From positions 1 to 57,770 of the IMG/VR virus record IMGVR_UViG_3300010226_000007: 57,770 nucleotides of DNA; one strand, 5' to 3'. Made by a program: the position numbers and the translations under genes. The notes below the pieces were generated by a model. The model was not told the DNA's origin. It saw only the letters and a list, made by a program, of their open reading frames with translations, and made no database searches. Every line of letters starts with the position of its first letter. The stretch's first letter is position 1. Source of the stretch: a virus (taxonomy: Duplodnaviria > Caudoviricetes). Below are positions 27,106 through 35,384 of the stretch, one piece after another.

Positions 27106-27549
27106 ATGCTTCACGTCACCTACGAGGCCGTCGCTGACCTGACACCCGGCCGACTTGTTGAGATAGACGAAGACCACGGCAGAGTCGAGATCCGGTTCGA
27201 CCGGGGTGCGCCTTTGGCGGACGTCGTGCAGCAGTTCAACATCGAGATAGACCGCATGGTGCGGTCGGCTCGCTGGTTCCAGCTCTGGGACGACGAGATC
27301 GTCTCCTGCAATACGCCCCGCCGGCCGCTCAGGATCGACTTCATCCTGAACAAGCGTGAGCCCCGCGGGGTCGTCTTCGAGGAGCGCAAGGGAGACCTCA
27401 GGGCGTTCGTCGACCCGTCCATCGACGTGACCCGCTTCGCGGCCGTCATGAACATCCTCACCGCGACGCATCTGTCCGGGGGGCGCTGGTTCCAGTTGTA
27501 CGGTGGCGAGATCCACGACGTATCGCCGGAGTCCGTGAGCCAGGTCTGA
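27106..27549 (+). CDS. Hypothetical protein with internal duplication
   Basis: Two halves ending RWFQLWDDEI and RWFQLYGGEI. Confidence 0.7.
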   Translation: MLHVTYEAVADLTPGRLVEIDEDHGRVEIRFDRGAPLADVVQQFNIEIDRMVRSARWFQLWDDEIVSCNTPRRPLRIDFILNKREPRGVVFEERKGDLRAFVDPSIDVTRFAAVMNILTATHLSGGRWFQLYGGEIHDVSPESVSQV

Positions 27550-27564
27550 CCGAACGGGGGGCCG

Positions 27565-28962
27565 ATGCCAGGCTATATCGAGGATCGCTGGTACAGGAAA
27601 GGTCCGCCGGACCCGGACGACCCCAAGAAGAAGCCGACAAAGATCCCCACTGCGCTGCACGGCAAGGGCAAGCGGTACAAGGTCACCGGCATCCCCGGCG
27701 TCCGGTCCAGGTCATTCCCGGACGGCAGCCTCGCCGCGGCGAAGAAGTGGCTCGCCAACGCTCAGACCGACAGCAGCCGAGGCGAGTTCTTCGATCCCCG
27801 CGACGGCTCCATCACGCTCGACACCTACGTGCGTGACCACTGGTGGCCCACCACCCGCTATCCGCCCACGACCAAGGCGTCCGTGTGGTCGAAGGTCTCT
27901 AACCACATCCTCCCCTACGCCGGGGCCCTGCCCCTGAACCGCATCGGCTTCGAGGAAATCCGGGCCTGGCAGAGCTGGGCCGAGCGGCGCATCGACGTCG
28001 GCACCCTGGTCGTAGCGCGAGCCCACTTCTCGACCATCCTGCAGGCTGCCCACAAGGGCAAGCGGATCCCCGTGAACCCGTTCCGGGACGACGACCTCAA
28101 GGCGCCCCGGCGGCCGAAGTCGAAGGCGCTCGCCTGGGATCAGGAGACCGTGCGATCGGTGCGGCTCGCCCTGCCTGAGCGGTACCGCATCCTTGCCGAC
28201 CTGGCCGTCGGGGCCGGCCTGCGCCAGGGCGAGACGTTCGGCTTCTCCCCCGACGACATCGACGGCGAAGACCTCAACGTGGTTCGGCAGATCATCAAGG
28301 TGAAAGGGCGCTTCGCCTTCGCCCCGCCGAAGGGCAACAAGGAGCGGGTGGCGCCGTGCGCCCCCGAACTCGCCGAGGCCGTCAAGGAGTATGCGAACCG
28401 CTTCCCGGCCGTCGAGGTGACGATGCCGTGGGTCGACCCCGACCGGCCGAACCTCGCCTGGGAGCAGCGGCCGCAGCGCACGGTCCGTCTGCTGGTCACC
28501 ACACAGTTCACGAACGGCGTCAACGGTGGCGCGGTCACGAGGGACACCTTCAACGACCGGCAGTGGAAGCCGGCCCTGCGTGATGCCGGGCTGATCCCGC
28601 CGGCCGAGGTCGAATGGATGGAGCCGACGCGCGGCAAGCAGCCCTGGCGCAAGGAGACGTGGCAGATGCCCCGCGAGTACGGCTTCCACGTACTGCGGCA
28701 CACCTTCGCTAGCGTGGTTCTGGCTGAGGGTGAGACGATTACTCAGCTGGCTGCCTGGCTGGGGCACGGTGATCCGGCGTTCACGCTTCGGACCTACGTG
28801 CACTTCATGCCGAGGTCCGGCACGAGAGGGCGGGCGGCCATCGGGCGGTTCATGGTCGGTGAGCTTTCCGGGGCGGATGAGCTCCCTGGGGAGGCGGCTT
28901 CAAATGGATCTCCCCACATTCTCCCTGGCGTTGAGGATCTTGGGAGCGGCGACCAGTCGTGA
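27565..28962 (+). CDS. int: Tyrosine integrase
   Basis: GLRQGE, K (PKG), HVLRHTFAS, LGH...TLRTY catalytic motifs. Confidence 0.93.
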   Translation: MPGYIEDRWYRKGPPDPDDPKKKPTKIPTALHGKGKRYKVTGIPGVRSRSFPDGSLAAAKKWLANAQTDSSRGEFFDPRDGSITLDTYVRDHWWPTTRYPPTTKASVWSKVSNHILPYAGALPLNRIGFEEIRAWQSWAERRIDVGTLVVARAHFSTILQAAHKGKRIPVNPFRDDDLKAPRRPKSKALAWDQETVRSVRLALPERYRILADLAVGAGLRQGETFGFSPDDIDGEDLNVVRQIIKVKGRFAFAPPKGNKERVAPCAPELAEAVKEYANRFPAVEVTMPWVDPDRPNLAWEQRPQRTVRLLVTTQFTNGVNGGAVTRDTFNDRQWKPALRDAGLIPPAEVEWMEPTRGKQPWRKETWQMPREYGFHVLRHTFASVVLAEGETITQLAAWLGHGDPAFTLRTYVHFMPRSGTRGRAAIGRFMVGELSGADELPGEAASNGSPHILPGVEDLGSGDQS

Positions 28963-29279
28963 TGCCCCACCGATCACCGCTCCCGTTCGACCGGTCGCTC
29001 GTTTCAGCAGGTCAGGCGCCTACGGCGTGTACACCGTCGGGCGCGGTGGGGCCGCCATGCCGTCGCCGATGAAGAAGCTCGGGTGCGGTGGCTGGTTGTA
29101 GGCCGTGTTCTGCCAGGCCAGGGCGGTAGACCTTTGCAGTTGGACCGGATCCTCCGGGGGCACCTCTCTGATCTGCATTCTTTGAGGTCCATTGAGTACT
29201 CATGACTACCGTTGACTTAAGTTCCTGGCGCTCCCCGCTCGCTCCCCGGAGGTCCTCACTCCCCAGATCCTCCCCAGAA
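28910..29279. other. attP with arm-type repeats
   Basis: CTCCCC(A/G) repeats in pairs spaced 11 bp (28910/28921, 29231/29242, 29259/29270) flanking a host-gene-like core and an AT-rich stretch. Confidence 0.7.
29020..29127 (-). pseudogene. 3' end of a PL11 rhamnogalacturonan lyase-like host gene (attP common core)
   Basis: Translates TALAWQNTAYNQPPHPSFFIGDGMAAPPRPTVYTP*; AWQNxxYNQPPH is the conserved C terminus of YesW/YesX-type lyases. Confidence 0.8.
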
Positions 29280-29307
29280 AACGCCCCCTGAGCGGGGCTG
29301 GGACGCG

Positions 29308-29547
29308 CTATCCCGCCGGCTGACCCACCCGTCCCGGGACGTACACGCTCCCCGAGCGGGCGGCCTCCTCGCGCTTTATGGCTTCCATCGTCATGACGCA
29401 ATCGGCGCAGCCGCGGACTTCCCGCTCGCCCTCCTCGCGGGGGTGGACAACGCCGACGACGGCGGTGGGCACTTCGCCGAGCGAGGGATGCCGAAAGCAG
29501 ACCCCAGGATGCCAGTCGTAGAGGTCCAGGATCTGCTGGTGGTTCAT
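29308..29547 (-). CDS. Small Cys-containing protein
   Basis: MNHQQILDLY...CFRHP...CADC; GGAG RBS. Confidence 0.6.
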   Translation of the reverse strand: MNHQQILDLYDWHPGVCFRHPSLGEVPTAVVGVVHPREEGEREVRGCADCVMTMEAIKREEAARSGSVYVPGRVGQPAG

Positions 29548-29657
29548 CTCCGTCGTCTCCCGTTGTTCGGCCGGCGTTGGGGGCGGTGGGGGCGCGTCGG
29601 GCTGGTGCCCGCTCGACGTCCGTCGATGCCGGTTGGCCTGCCAGTTCACCCTTTCGG

Positions 29658-29673
29658 GCGAACACGTATTCGA
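29658..29673. promoter_or_regulatory. SOS (LexA) box-like site
   Basis: GCGAAC-ACGT-ATTCGA versus actinobacterial consensus TCGAAC-N4-GTTCGA. Confidence 0.5.
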
Positions 29674-29857
29674 TTAGTGGACACTACAGTGACCCCTGCG
29701 GCATCTGCCAGATCGCAGGGCTGTCGGAGAGTGGAGGGCGTGGGGGCCCTTCTTCTCTACGCGGTGAACCGGTCCGTCCGTCGCGTGAGTTTCATGATCG
29801 CAAGATGCCTCAAATCTGCTGCTGACTTATGATCATGGTCGCTAAAGCGTTGACCGG

Positions 29858-30091
29858 GTGCCAGCCCCCGATCAGCCGAAATGGATCATCGACGCCCGCA
29901 GAGCCGTCGGCGACCGCATCCGAGTCCGGCGCCTGCACCAGAACATGACCCAGGAGAGCCTCGCCCACGAGGCCGGCGTCGACCGGTCCACGGTCCAGCG
30001 CATGGAGAGCGGCGCCGAGATGAAGTTGAGCCACCTGCTGCTGGTGGCGCACGCACTGCGGGTACACGTCACCGACCTCCTGCACGGGTAA
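29858..30091 (+). CDS. XRE HTH regulator
   Basis: MTQESLAHEAGVDRSTVQRMESG. Confidence 0.85.
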   Translation: MPAPDQPKWIIDARRAVGDRIRVRRLHQNMTQESLAHEAGVDRSTVQRMESGAEMKLSHLLLVAHALRVHVTDLLHG

Positions 30092-30232
30092 GCGCGCTAC
30101 CTCGGCCGCTTCCTGACCGGGACGTTGACAGAAATTCAACAGCAGGTTGATCGCGGATGGAAGCGCGTCCGGAGCATTTATCTAACCGATTTCTTGCAAT
30201 CGGTCACTCTGCGTACAGCCGAGGGTAAGGGC

Positions 30233-30580
30233 TTACCGTCCAGGGCCCGACCCTACGCACCCCCGCAGCAGCTGCGCCGCCTCGGCAAGCGTCTTCACAT
30301 GCAGCGCCGCAGACCGCAGCCCGAGCCCCAGGTCCCCGCACAGCGCGCCCTGCGCCTGGAGGAGGGCGGTCTCGCAGCGCTGCCAGTCGATGGTGTGCCG
30401 GCTCAGGCGGGACTGCTGGCGTCGCACGTCCTCGATGAGGGGCCGTATCTCGCGGACGAGTTCGGCGCGCAGCTCGTGGCAGCGGTCGATGGTGGGGAGG
30501 ATGCCGGCGGCGGCCAGCCCTTCAGCGATGAGCGCGTCGAGGGTCTGGCGGGGTGCGGCTCTCTTCGTAGGCTGGGTCAT
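30233..30580 (-). CDS. Hypothetical protein (DUF6415-like)
   Basis: 115 aa helical; LG.GLRSAALHV..LA pattern (recalled). Confidence 0.55.
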   Translation of the reverse strand: MTQPTKRAAPRQTLDALIAEGLAAAGILPTIDRCHELRAELVREIRPLIEDVRRQQSRLSRHTIDWQRCETALLQAQGALCGDLGLGLRSAALHVKTLAEAAQLLRGCVGSGPGR

Positions 30581-30678
30581 TGGTCGACGGTCCTGTCGTC
30601 GGCTGCTCCGGGGTCGCTGGGCCGCGGCCCCGGGGCGCTAGGTAGCTGGGTCGTGCAATTTCACGATACCCCTGCGGG

Positions 30679-30740
30679 ATAGGCGGTATAGGCCGTCTAG
30701 GTCGACTCGTCTCGCGTGTCCGGCTAGGCCCACCTACCTT
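30679..30740. promoter_or_regulatory. Putative GntR operator
   Basis: Repeated TAGG(C) motifs (ATAGGCGGTATAGGCCGTCTAGG; CTAGGCCCACCTA) upstream of the GntR gene. Confidence 0.4.
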
Positions 30741-30747
30741 CACGATC

Positions 30748-30990
30748 ATGAGATGGGAGCCGGAGGTGCCACGCTGGCGGCAGGTGTTCGCCGTGATGAC
30801 CGAGCGGATCGCCGACGGCACCTACCCACCCGGCGGCCGGCTGCCCTCCGCGATGGCGATCTGCGGCGAGTTCGGGATCTCGCAGGTGACGGCGAAGCGC
30901 GTGCTGACGGAGCTACGGAAGGCTGGGCTCGCGGAGATGCAGCCCGGCATCGGCACCTTCGTCACGGAACTCCCGCAGCCCGGTGCATGA
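30748..30990 (+). CDS. GntR-family wHTH regulator (DNA-binding domain only)
   Basis: IADGTYPPGGRLPS...EFGISQVTAKRVL..L...G.GTFV. Confidence 0.88.
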   Translation: MRWEPEVPRWRQVFAVMTERIADGTYPPGGRLPSAMAICGEFGISQVTAKRVLTELRKAGLAEMQPGIGTFVTELPQPGA

Positions 30991-31017
30991 GTCTTCGACG
31001 ACCCCCGCCGATAGACT

Positions 31018-31203
31018 TTGACCATGCCCCCCACTCCTCCGGACCGGCCTGCGCCGCGCTGCGCCGACGACGTGCAGGAGGACATTCGCGCGCTGATGCG
31101 GGAGACCGGCGGCTGGCTTTGGGGGCCGACCCGGGAACGCTACGAGCAGCTGCGGGATGAGTGGATCGAGGCGGTCCGCGGGGACATCACCACCGCCGCA
31201 TAG
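31018..31203 (+). CDS. Hypothetical small protein
   Basis: 61 aa ORF. Confidence 0.5.
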   Translation: MTMPPTPPDRPAPRCADDVQEDIRALMRETGGWLWGPTRERYEQLRDEWIEAVRGDITTAA

Positions 31204-31212
31204 GATCCCCGG

Positions 31213-31437
31213 GTGCCACACACTTTCGAAGACCTCGTGCAGCTGGAACGTTCCGCCGTCGACGCGCACGCCGCGATCGCCACCGCCGACAACCCCGACA
31301 CCGCCCGGCAGGCAGCGGTCGACGCCTCCGCTCGATTCCAGGTCGCCGTCACCGCATACGCCGCAGCCGAGGGCGAGTCGCGGGTCGAGGTGGAGATGCG
31401 GGTGAAGAAGGCCGTGCGGCACGCCGAGGCGGGCTAG
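31213..31437 (+). CDS. Hypothetical protein
   Basis: 74 aa ORF. Confidence 0.55.
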   Translation: MPHTFEDLVQLERSAVDAHAAIATADNPDTARQAAVDASARFQVAVTAYAAAEGESRVEVEMRVKKAVRHAEAG

Positions 31438-31775
31438 TCGCACTCGTGGATGCGGGCGATGAGGACGCCGGACCAGGTGCGGAGTTCGCGGGTGCCACCG
31501 ATGCAGTTCTTCGCCAGACAAACCTTGGGGCCACGCCGCATCGGCCGTTCAGGCTCCGCCTCAATGACGCCCAGCTCCCGCTCCAGTCGCTCGATCTTCG
31601 CGTAGTCCGGGCGGGGAGGGGTGGGGCTCGGCGCGCGCCAATCGTGCGCGAGTTTGTTCCAGATCGGCAGCGGCCAGCGCAGCCAGCGTGGTGCTTCCCC
31701 GATCTCGGCGAGTAGGCCGCACAGGCACCCGTAGCCGACCATGAGACAGATCGCGATGGTCAGCAGAGCAGCCAC
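31434..31775 (-). CDS. Membrane-anchored hypothetical protein
   Basis: GTG start with AGGAGG RBS; N-terminal hydrophobic helix. Confidence 0.55.
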   Translation of the reverse strand: MAALLTIAICLMVGYGCLCGLLAEIGEAPRWLRWPLPIWNKLAHDWRAPSPTPPRPDYAKIERLERELGVIEAEPERPMRRGPKVCLAKNCIGGTRELRTWSGVLIARIHECD

Positions 31776-31877
31776 GGCCCCTCCTAGGTTGCAGCCCCGC
31801 CCTGGGTTCCACGCCGGACGGGGCCTCAGCAACAACACACCCGCGCTTGGCTAGTTGCCTGCACGAATACGACCATG

Positions 31878-32081
31878 CTACGACTGGCCACCGACAACGC
31901 CGGGCCACTCCTCCAGCGTCGTGCCGGTCTCCTCGTCGACGAGGACGATGCGCACGCCGGGCGCGCCCCATGAGCCGATCCACGTCGCCAGCTTCCCGCG
32001 CGCCGTGACCTCACTCCCCCACCAGCCGTGCACAGCCTTCCTGCCCGGCATGGTCATGGTGAGGTGGAAGCGGCCGCTCAC
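31878..32081 (-). CDS. Hypothetical small protein
   Basis: 67 aa, coupled to the LexA-like gene. Confidence 0.6.
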   Translation of the reverse strand: MSGRFHLTMTMPGRKAVHGWWGSEVTARGKLATWIGSWGAPGVRIVLVDEETGTTLEEWPGVVGGQS

Positions 32082-32302
32082 GTCAGCCGGATTGCTCGTG
32101 CGCGGTACGGGTCGCGGCGGATGGCGCCCTTCGCCTCCAGCTCGCGCAGCTGGTAGTGCACCGAGGAGCGGCTGGACATGCCGACGGCGGCGCCGATCTC
32201 CGGGAGGGTGGGTGCCTCGCCCCGGTCGGCGATCGTGTCGCGGATGCAGCGCAGGATGCGTTCCTGAACGGTGGTGAGGTAGTCGACTTTCGTTCGGCCC
32301 AT
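32078..32302 (-). CDS. LexA DNA-binding-domain-only protein
   Basis: LTTVQERIL...RGEAPTLPEIGAAVGMSSRSSVHYQL..LE.KG.IRRDP..ARAI; no peptidase domain. Confidence 0.82.
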   Translation of the reverse strand: MGRTKVDYLTTVQERILRCIRDTIADRGEAPTLPEIGAAVGMSSRSSVHYQLRELEAKGAIRRDPYRARAIRLT

Positions 32303-32310
32303 ACCGCCAC

Positions 32311-32326
32311 TAGAGCACGTGTTCGA
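32311..32326. promoter_or_regulatory. SOS box-like site
   Basis: TAGAGC-ACGT-GTTCGA between the divergent LexA-like and DUF6233-like genes. Confidence 0.5.
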
Positions 32327-32348
32327 ATTTTGGGGCAAGCTGGAAGAC

Positions 32349-32684
32349 GTGCACGACCTGCCCGGTGACCTGCCCCGACTCCGCACCCTAGAGACCTGGC
32401 TCGCACTCCAGCTCACCGCAGTCCGCGCCGCCATCGAAGCAGCCGAGAAACGCGAGGAAGAGCGCCGCCGCGGCGAGGAGGTCCGGCCGCCACAGCCCGA
32501 CTGGCTCCTCGAGCAGGGCCTCAACCGCGACGCGGCGCCCGTGTATGTGCATGCCGGCGGCTGCTGGAACGCGGCCAAACGCAGCCGCGGCGTACCCCGA
32601 GACGTCGCACTCCGCGCCCTCGCCGACGGCGTCCCCGCATGCGGACACTGCCGGCCCGATGTGGAGCTCGGGTACCTGGATTAG
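32349..32684 (+). CDS. DUF6233-like Zn-binding protein
   Basis: VHAGGC...A..AL...ACGHCRPD..LG motif. Confidence 0.7.
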   Translation: MHDLPGDLPRLRTLETWLALQLTAVRAAIEAAEKREEERRRGEEVRPPQPDWLLEQGLNRDAAPVYVHAGGCWNAAKRSRGVPRDVALRALADGVPACGHCRPDVELGYLD

Positions 32685-32685
32685 G

Positions 32686-32810
32686 TGTCCATCAGGGGAC
32701 CGGCTGGTGCGACGGTTCCCAACCAGTCCCCGACGCGAGTTCCCGCAAGAGCCTGTGTCTCATCAGGGTGTTCCGCTAAGATTCTCAGCAACCCCCTGCT
32801 ACCTGAGACG
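32686..32810. promoter_or_regulatory. Putative res site
   Basis: TGTC(C/TC)ATCAGGG repeated, GGGGAC/GTCCCC and GTCTCA/TGAGAC inverted pairs directly upstream of the resolvase. Confidence 0.4.
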
Positions 32811-32821
32811 AAGGGATCTGT

Positions 32822-33418
32822 GTGGCCGACATCCGGATCGGATATGCGCGCTGCTCCACCGACAAGCAAGACCTCACCGCCCAGCGGGACTACCTCCTCG
32901 GCGCCCGCGTGCCCGAGGCGAGCATTCACCTTGACCACGGCCTCTCCGGCAAGGACCGCGCCCGCCCCGCCCTGAACACCGCGCTGGCCCAGATCCAAGG
33001 CGCCCGCCAGGCCGCGCCCGACGACACGACCGTCACGCTCGTCGTGCCCAAGCTGGACCGGCTCGGCCGCTCGATCCGCGACCTCCACGACATCGCCGAC
33101 GAGGTGACCAACGCTGGCGCCCGGCTGGAGTTCGCCGGCAAGGTCTACGACCCGGACGACGCCATGGACAAGATGTTCTTCAACATCCTCGCCACCTTCG
33201 CCGAGTTCGAGCGCGACCTCCTCGTCCAGCGCACCAAGGAGGGGATGGCCGTCGCTAAGGCCAAGGGGCGGCTCAAGGGCGGCAAGCCGAAGCTCGGCCC
33301 GGCCCAGCGCAAGCACATGCGCGAGCTGTACGAGGCGCAGACGCACACCATCAGCGACCTGCAGCAGGAGTTCAAGGTCGGCCGCGCAACCGTCTACCGC
33401 ATCCTCAACGAGGCCTGA
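32822..33418 (+). CDS. Small serine recombinase (resolvase/invertase)
   Basis: IGYARCST, SG..RARPAL, KLDRLGRS, FAEFER, C-terminal HTH RATVYR. Confidence 0.92.
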   Translation: MADIRIGYARCSTDKQDLTAQRDYLLGARVPEASIHLDHGLSGKDRARPALNTALAQIQGARQAAPDDTTVTLVVPKLDRLGRSIRDLHDIADEVTNAGARLEFAGKVYDPDDAMDKMFFNILATFAEFERDLLVQRTKEGMAVAKAKGRLKGGKPKLGPAQRKHMRELYEAQTHTISDLQQEFKVGRATVYRILNEA

Positions 33419-33425
33419 GCACGAC

Positions 33426-33470
33426 GAAGCGCCCCCGCCCGCTGCCGGTTGGCAGCGAGCGGGGGCGTTC
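33426..33470. terminator. Bidirectional terminator
   Basis: CGCCCCCGC..GCTGCC/GGCAGC..GCGGGGGCG hairpin between convergent genes. Confidence 0.7.
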
Positions 33471-33573
33471 TCAGTCTTCGTCGTCGGCGGGTGGCAGGGG
33501 TGGCGGTTCACGGAACGGCCAGCGAGACAGGTGCAGCGGGGTGTCGGCTCCTCTTCGATCGGGGCCATGGCGG

Positions 33574-34311
33574 TCACCCGAGTCCGTAGTTGGCGACGAG
33601 CTGCTTGAGGCCGGGGGTGTCGCGGCTGGTGAACCTCCCGCCGCCGCTGCTGGTCGTGTAGCCACCGTGCGGCGAGCACATGAGGGGCAGGTAGCCGCCG
33701 GTCGTCTTCGCGCACTCGTAGTTCTCCACTACGCCGTCGCCGTCGAGGTCCTTGTTGGGGTGGTCGAGGCCGACGATGTGTCCGATCTCGTGGCTGACGG
33801 CGTTCTTGATCCTGGCGGTGTTGACCGTCGAGTTGGTGGAGAACCACGAAGACGTCGACCAGTATTCGGAGTCGATCCACGCCCAGCCGCCCCACGCCGC
33901 GTGGTCGTCGATCTGGCCGGGCCGGTTGGTGAAGCAGTTCCACGCGTGGCTCATGCCCTTGACGCCGGTGGGTCGGTACTTCACGCCGAGGATCAGGTGG
34001 TGTTCCTTCGGGCAGCTGCCTTCGGCGGGCGGCGTCTCGATCGTCGTGGACACCGTGAACTGGGTGCCGGTCACCGAGGTGAGCTGCGCGGCGGCGGCCT
34101 TCGCGTAGGGGGTGAGCCGGGTGCGTGAGGACGTGCTGGTGAAGGTGAAGACGTAGGGCTTGGGGCTGAGGGAGTGGATGCCGTCCTTGGTGGCGATCTT
34201 CCAGCCGGTGCCCGAGTAGATGGGGGTCGCGGCGTGCGCCCGGTCCGGCATCGCGAGGAGCAGCAGGGCGGCGAGGAGGACAGGCAGCGTGTGGCGTGCG
34301 CGGACGTGCAT
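33574..34311 (-). CDS. Secreted metzincin zinc metalloprotease
   Basis: Signal peptide (AHA-A), HEIGHIVGLDH zinc motif, Met-turn PLMC. Confidence 0.8.
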   Translation of the reverse strand: MHVRARHTLPVLLAALLLLAMPDRAHAATPIYSGTGWKIATKDGIHSLSPKPYVFTFTSTSSRTRLTPYAKAAAAQLTSVTGTQFTVSTTIETPPAEGSCPKEHHLILGVKYRPTGVKGMSHAWNCFTNRPGQIDDHAAWGGWAWIDSEYWSTSSWFSTNSTVNTARIKNAVSHEIGHIVGLDHPNKDLDGDGVVENYECAKTTGGYLPLMCSPHGGYTTSSGGGRFTSRDTPGLKQLVANYGLG

Positions 34312-34331
34312 ACAGGCTCCGGGAATGACGA

Positions 34332-34357
34332 AGCCCCCGCCGGGATCGGCGGGGGCT
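34332..34357 (-). terminator. Terminator of the late operon
   Basis: AGCCCCCGCCG-N4-CGGCGGGGGCT. Confidence 0.65.
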
Positions 34358-34370
34358 GTGGGCGTCTGGG

Positions 34371-34520
34371 TCAGGCCGGGATGTCACCGGCGTCGTACAC
34401 CGGCGGCGGGGGCGGCTCGGGGTTGGCGACCGGCTGCTCCTCCAGTACGCCCATCTGCTCGAGCGTGCCGGCGTCCGCGGCGAACGGATCCGTCCGCGGC
34501 TGGGCAGGCGTGGGCTCCAC
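34371..34520 (-). CDS. Small acidic/Pro-rich protein
   Basis: 49 aa VEPTPAQPRTDPF..., GGAG RBS; not in ORF track. Confidence 0.45.
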   Translation of the reverse strand: MEPTPAQPRTDPFAADAGTLEQMGVLEEQPVANPEPPPPPVYDAGDIPA

Positions 34521-34523
34521 AGG

Positions 34524-34850
34524 TCACACTCCAGTTCGATGGTCTTCGCGCTGGGCGCGCAGCATCAGCCGAGTCCGCTGCACCACGAGCAGGATCACGG
34601 CGGCAACGGCGATGCTGCGGACGCTGCGGAGCGCGGCCAGGACACACTCGTCGCCCTGCCACACCGTGGCCAGCACCGTGTACAGGCACAGCAGCCCGAT
34701 GGCCGCAACGAACGCCATCTGGTTGCGGCCCACCTCGGACTTCCACCACGTCGCGGTGCGGTGGTAGGAGACGACGAACACGGCGCAGGCGAGAAAGCCG
34801 AGCGCCGACATGATCGCGTTCATCCAGGCGTCGACCCCCAGGTCTTTCAT
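34524..34850 (-). CDS. Putative holin (3 TM)
   Basis: Three hydrophobic helices, WWKSEVGR motif, lysis cassette position. Confidence 0.65.
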   Translation of the reverse strand: MKDLGVDAWMNAIMSALGFLACAVFVVSYHRTATWWKSEVGRNQMAFVAAIGLLCLYTVLATVWQGDECVLAALRSVRSIAVAAVILLVVQRTRLMLRAQREDHRTGV

Positions 34851-35068
34851 CGTGCTTCTCCTCTGCGGGCGCCGAAGGCTGCCTGCACCTTCTCCGCCCA
34901 GTGGTTCTCTATGCGGGCCTGCCGGATGGGGGCGACGGCCTCGCGGACGGCGGACCAGCGGTCCTCTACTTCCTGCCGAGCCTCGGTTGCCCGCTCCAGG
35001 GCGGCCTCCGAGTCGGTGGGCTCGCTGCGGTCACAGCCGTGTACGAGGCGTCGGATCCATCCGAGCAT
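34847..35068 (-). CDS. Lysis-cassette hypothetical protein
   Basis: Coiled coil ending ENHWAEK. Confidence 0.6.
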   Translation of the reverse strand: MLGWIRRLVHGCDRSEPTDSEAALERATEARQEVEDRWSAVREAVAPIRQARIENHWAEKVQAAFGARRGEAR

Positions 35069-35351
35069 CGGCTGTCACCTCCCCCTCGTCCGCCTTCCCT
35101 GGTCCGGGTAGTGCGGTGAGGATGTGTCCGCCGAGCTTCGCCAGCTCGAGCAGTTCCTCGGTCTGGTCGTGTTCCTGCTTGCGGGCGGCTTCGGACTGGA
35201 GGAACGCCGACCGCCAGTTGTCGCGGTCGGCGATGACGTCCTCGTGGGTGCGTCTGGGGATGAGCCGGCCGGTGAGGATGAGGAGTATGACGAGGGTGAG
35301 GAGCGCGCCGAGTCCGGCGTCGCTTGCACCGATACCGAAGACCTCGCTCAC
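35031..35351 (-). CDS. Lysis-cassette membrane protein
   Basis: One TM helix followed by GRLIPR and a coiled coil. Confidence 0.65.
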   Translation of the reverse strand: MSEVFGIGASDAGLGALLTLVILLILTGRLIPRRTHEDVIADRDNWRSAFLQSEAARKQEHDQTEELLELAKLGGHILTALPGPGKADEGEVTADARMDPTPRTRL

Positions 35352-35384
35352 CGCGCCCTCCCCTGTCGCCGATATGTGCACTGG

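Noticed and set aside
28962-29310. tRNA gene at the attachment site
   Set aside because: No cloverleaf or T-loop consensus found. The core is protein-coding sequence.
29004-29665. Track ORFs 29012..29665 and 29004..29192
   Set aside because: They cross attP. The meaningful translation is in the third frame (lyase C terminus).
32681-34387. 568 aa - strand ORF
   Set aside because: Arg/Pro-rich alternative frame overlapping the metalloprotease and antisense to the resolvase.
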